Positions 63,773 to 64,000 of a DNA stretch of 64,000 nucleotides are shown here, one piece after another; positions within the stretch are counted from its first letter, which is position 1; each line of letters opens with the position of its first letter. The stretch is from Octopus sinensis (lineage: Eukaryota): NCBI RefSeq assembly GCF_006345805.1, contig NC_043005.1, forward strand, positions 26,288,001 through 26,352,000, read 5' to 3'. The notes under the pieces were generated by a model. It saw only the letters and a program-made list of their open reading frames with translations, ran no database searches and was not told where the DNA came from. A program made the translations under genes and the position numbers.

Positions 63773-64000
63773 GGACGGAGCTTTCCAAATTGCATTTGTC
63801 TTTATATCTATTAGCTACCACCCTCATTTCTTTTACAAACACTCAACACCGCACCTTTCAACGAAATTAAATACATAAGATAATGGTGACACGTTAACTG
63901 CTGTTAAACGACTACATGAGTCATTTGTTGGTATGACAAGATATTTCTACCCCTAAACACAATCAGAAGATTCGTACAAGAAGTAAAAGTTGAAAATGTT

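Overview
This is repeat-dense, AT-rich eukaryotic genomic DNA. The microsatellite load and SINE families suggest an octopod cephalopod (inference). One protein-coding gene is well supported: a midnolin (MIDN/stuxnet) orthologue on the minus strand. Six phase-compatible GT-AG exons (30991-31078, 27935-27991, 26063-26326, 24029-24380, 22303-22473, 19131-19756) encode the C-terminal half of the Ubl domain, Catch1, Catch2, the C-terminal helix/NLS and a long low-complexity tail. I could not find the exon for the N-terminal half of the Ubl. A tRNA-Asp(GTC) gene lies at 60246-60317. The rest is microsatellites and TE debris: R4/Dong, RTE, CR1, L1/Tx1-like, Penelope, Helitron, mariner, hAT, piggyBac and Tigger-like MITEs, and several tRNA-SINE families. 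The most unusual signal is a set of minimal hammerhead-ribozyme motifs from several repeat families. One is fused to a Pol III tRNA-type SINE head and occurs as inverted pairs next to midnolin exons. Another is mirrored in a perfect 190-bp palindrome. Nearly all ORFs in the supplied track are microsatellite or SINE artefacts. Family assignments are by eye from remembered motifs; no database search was run, and many TE boundaries are approximate.
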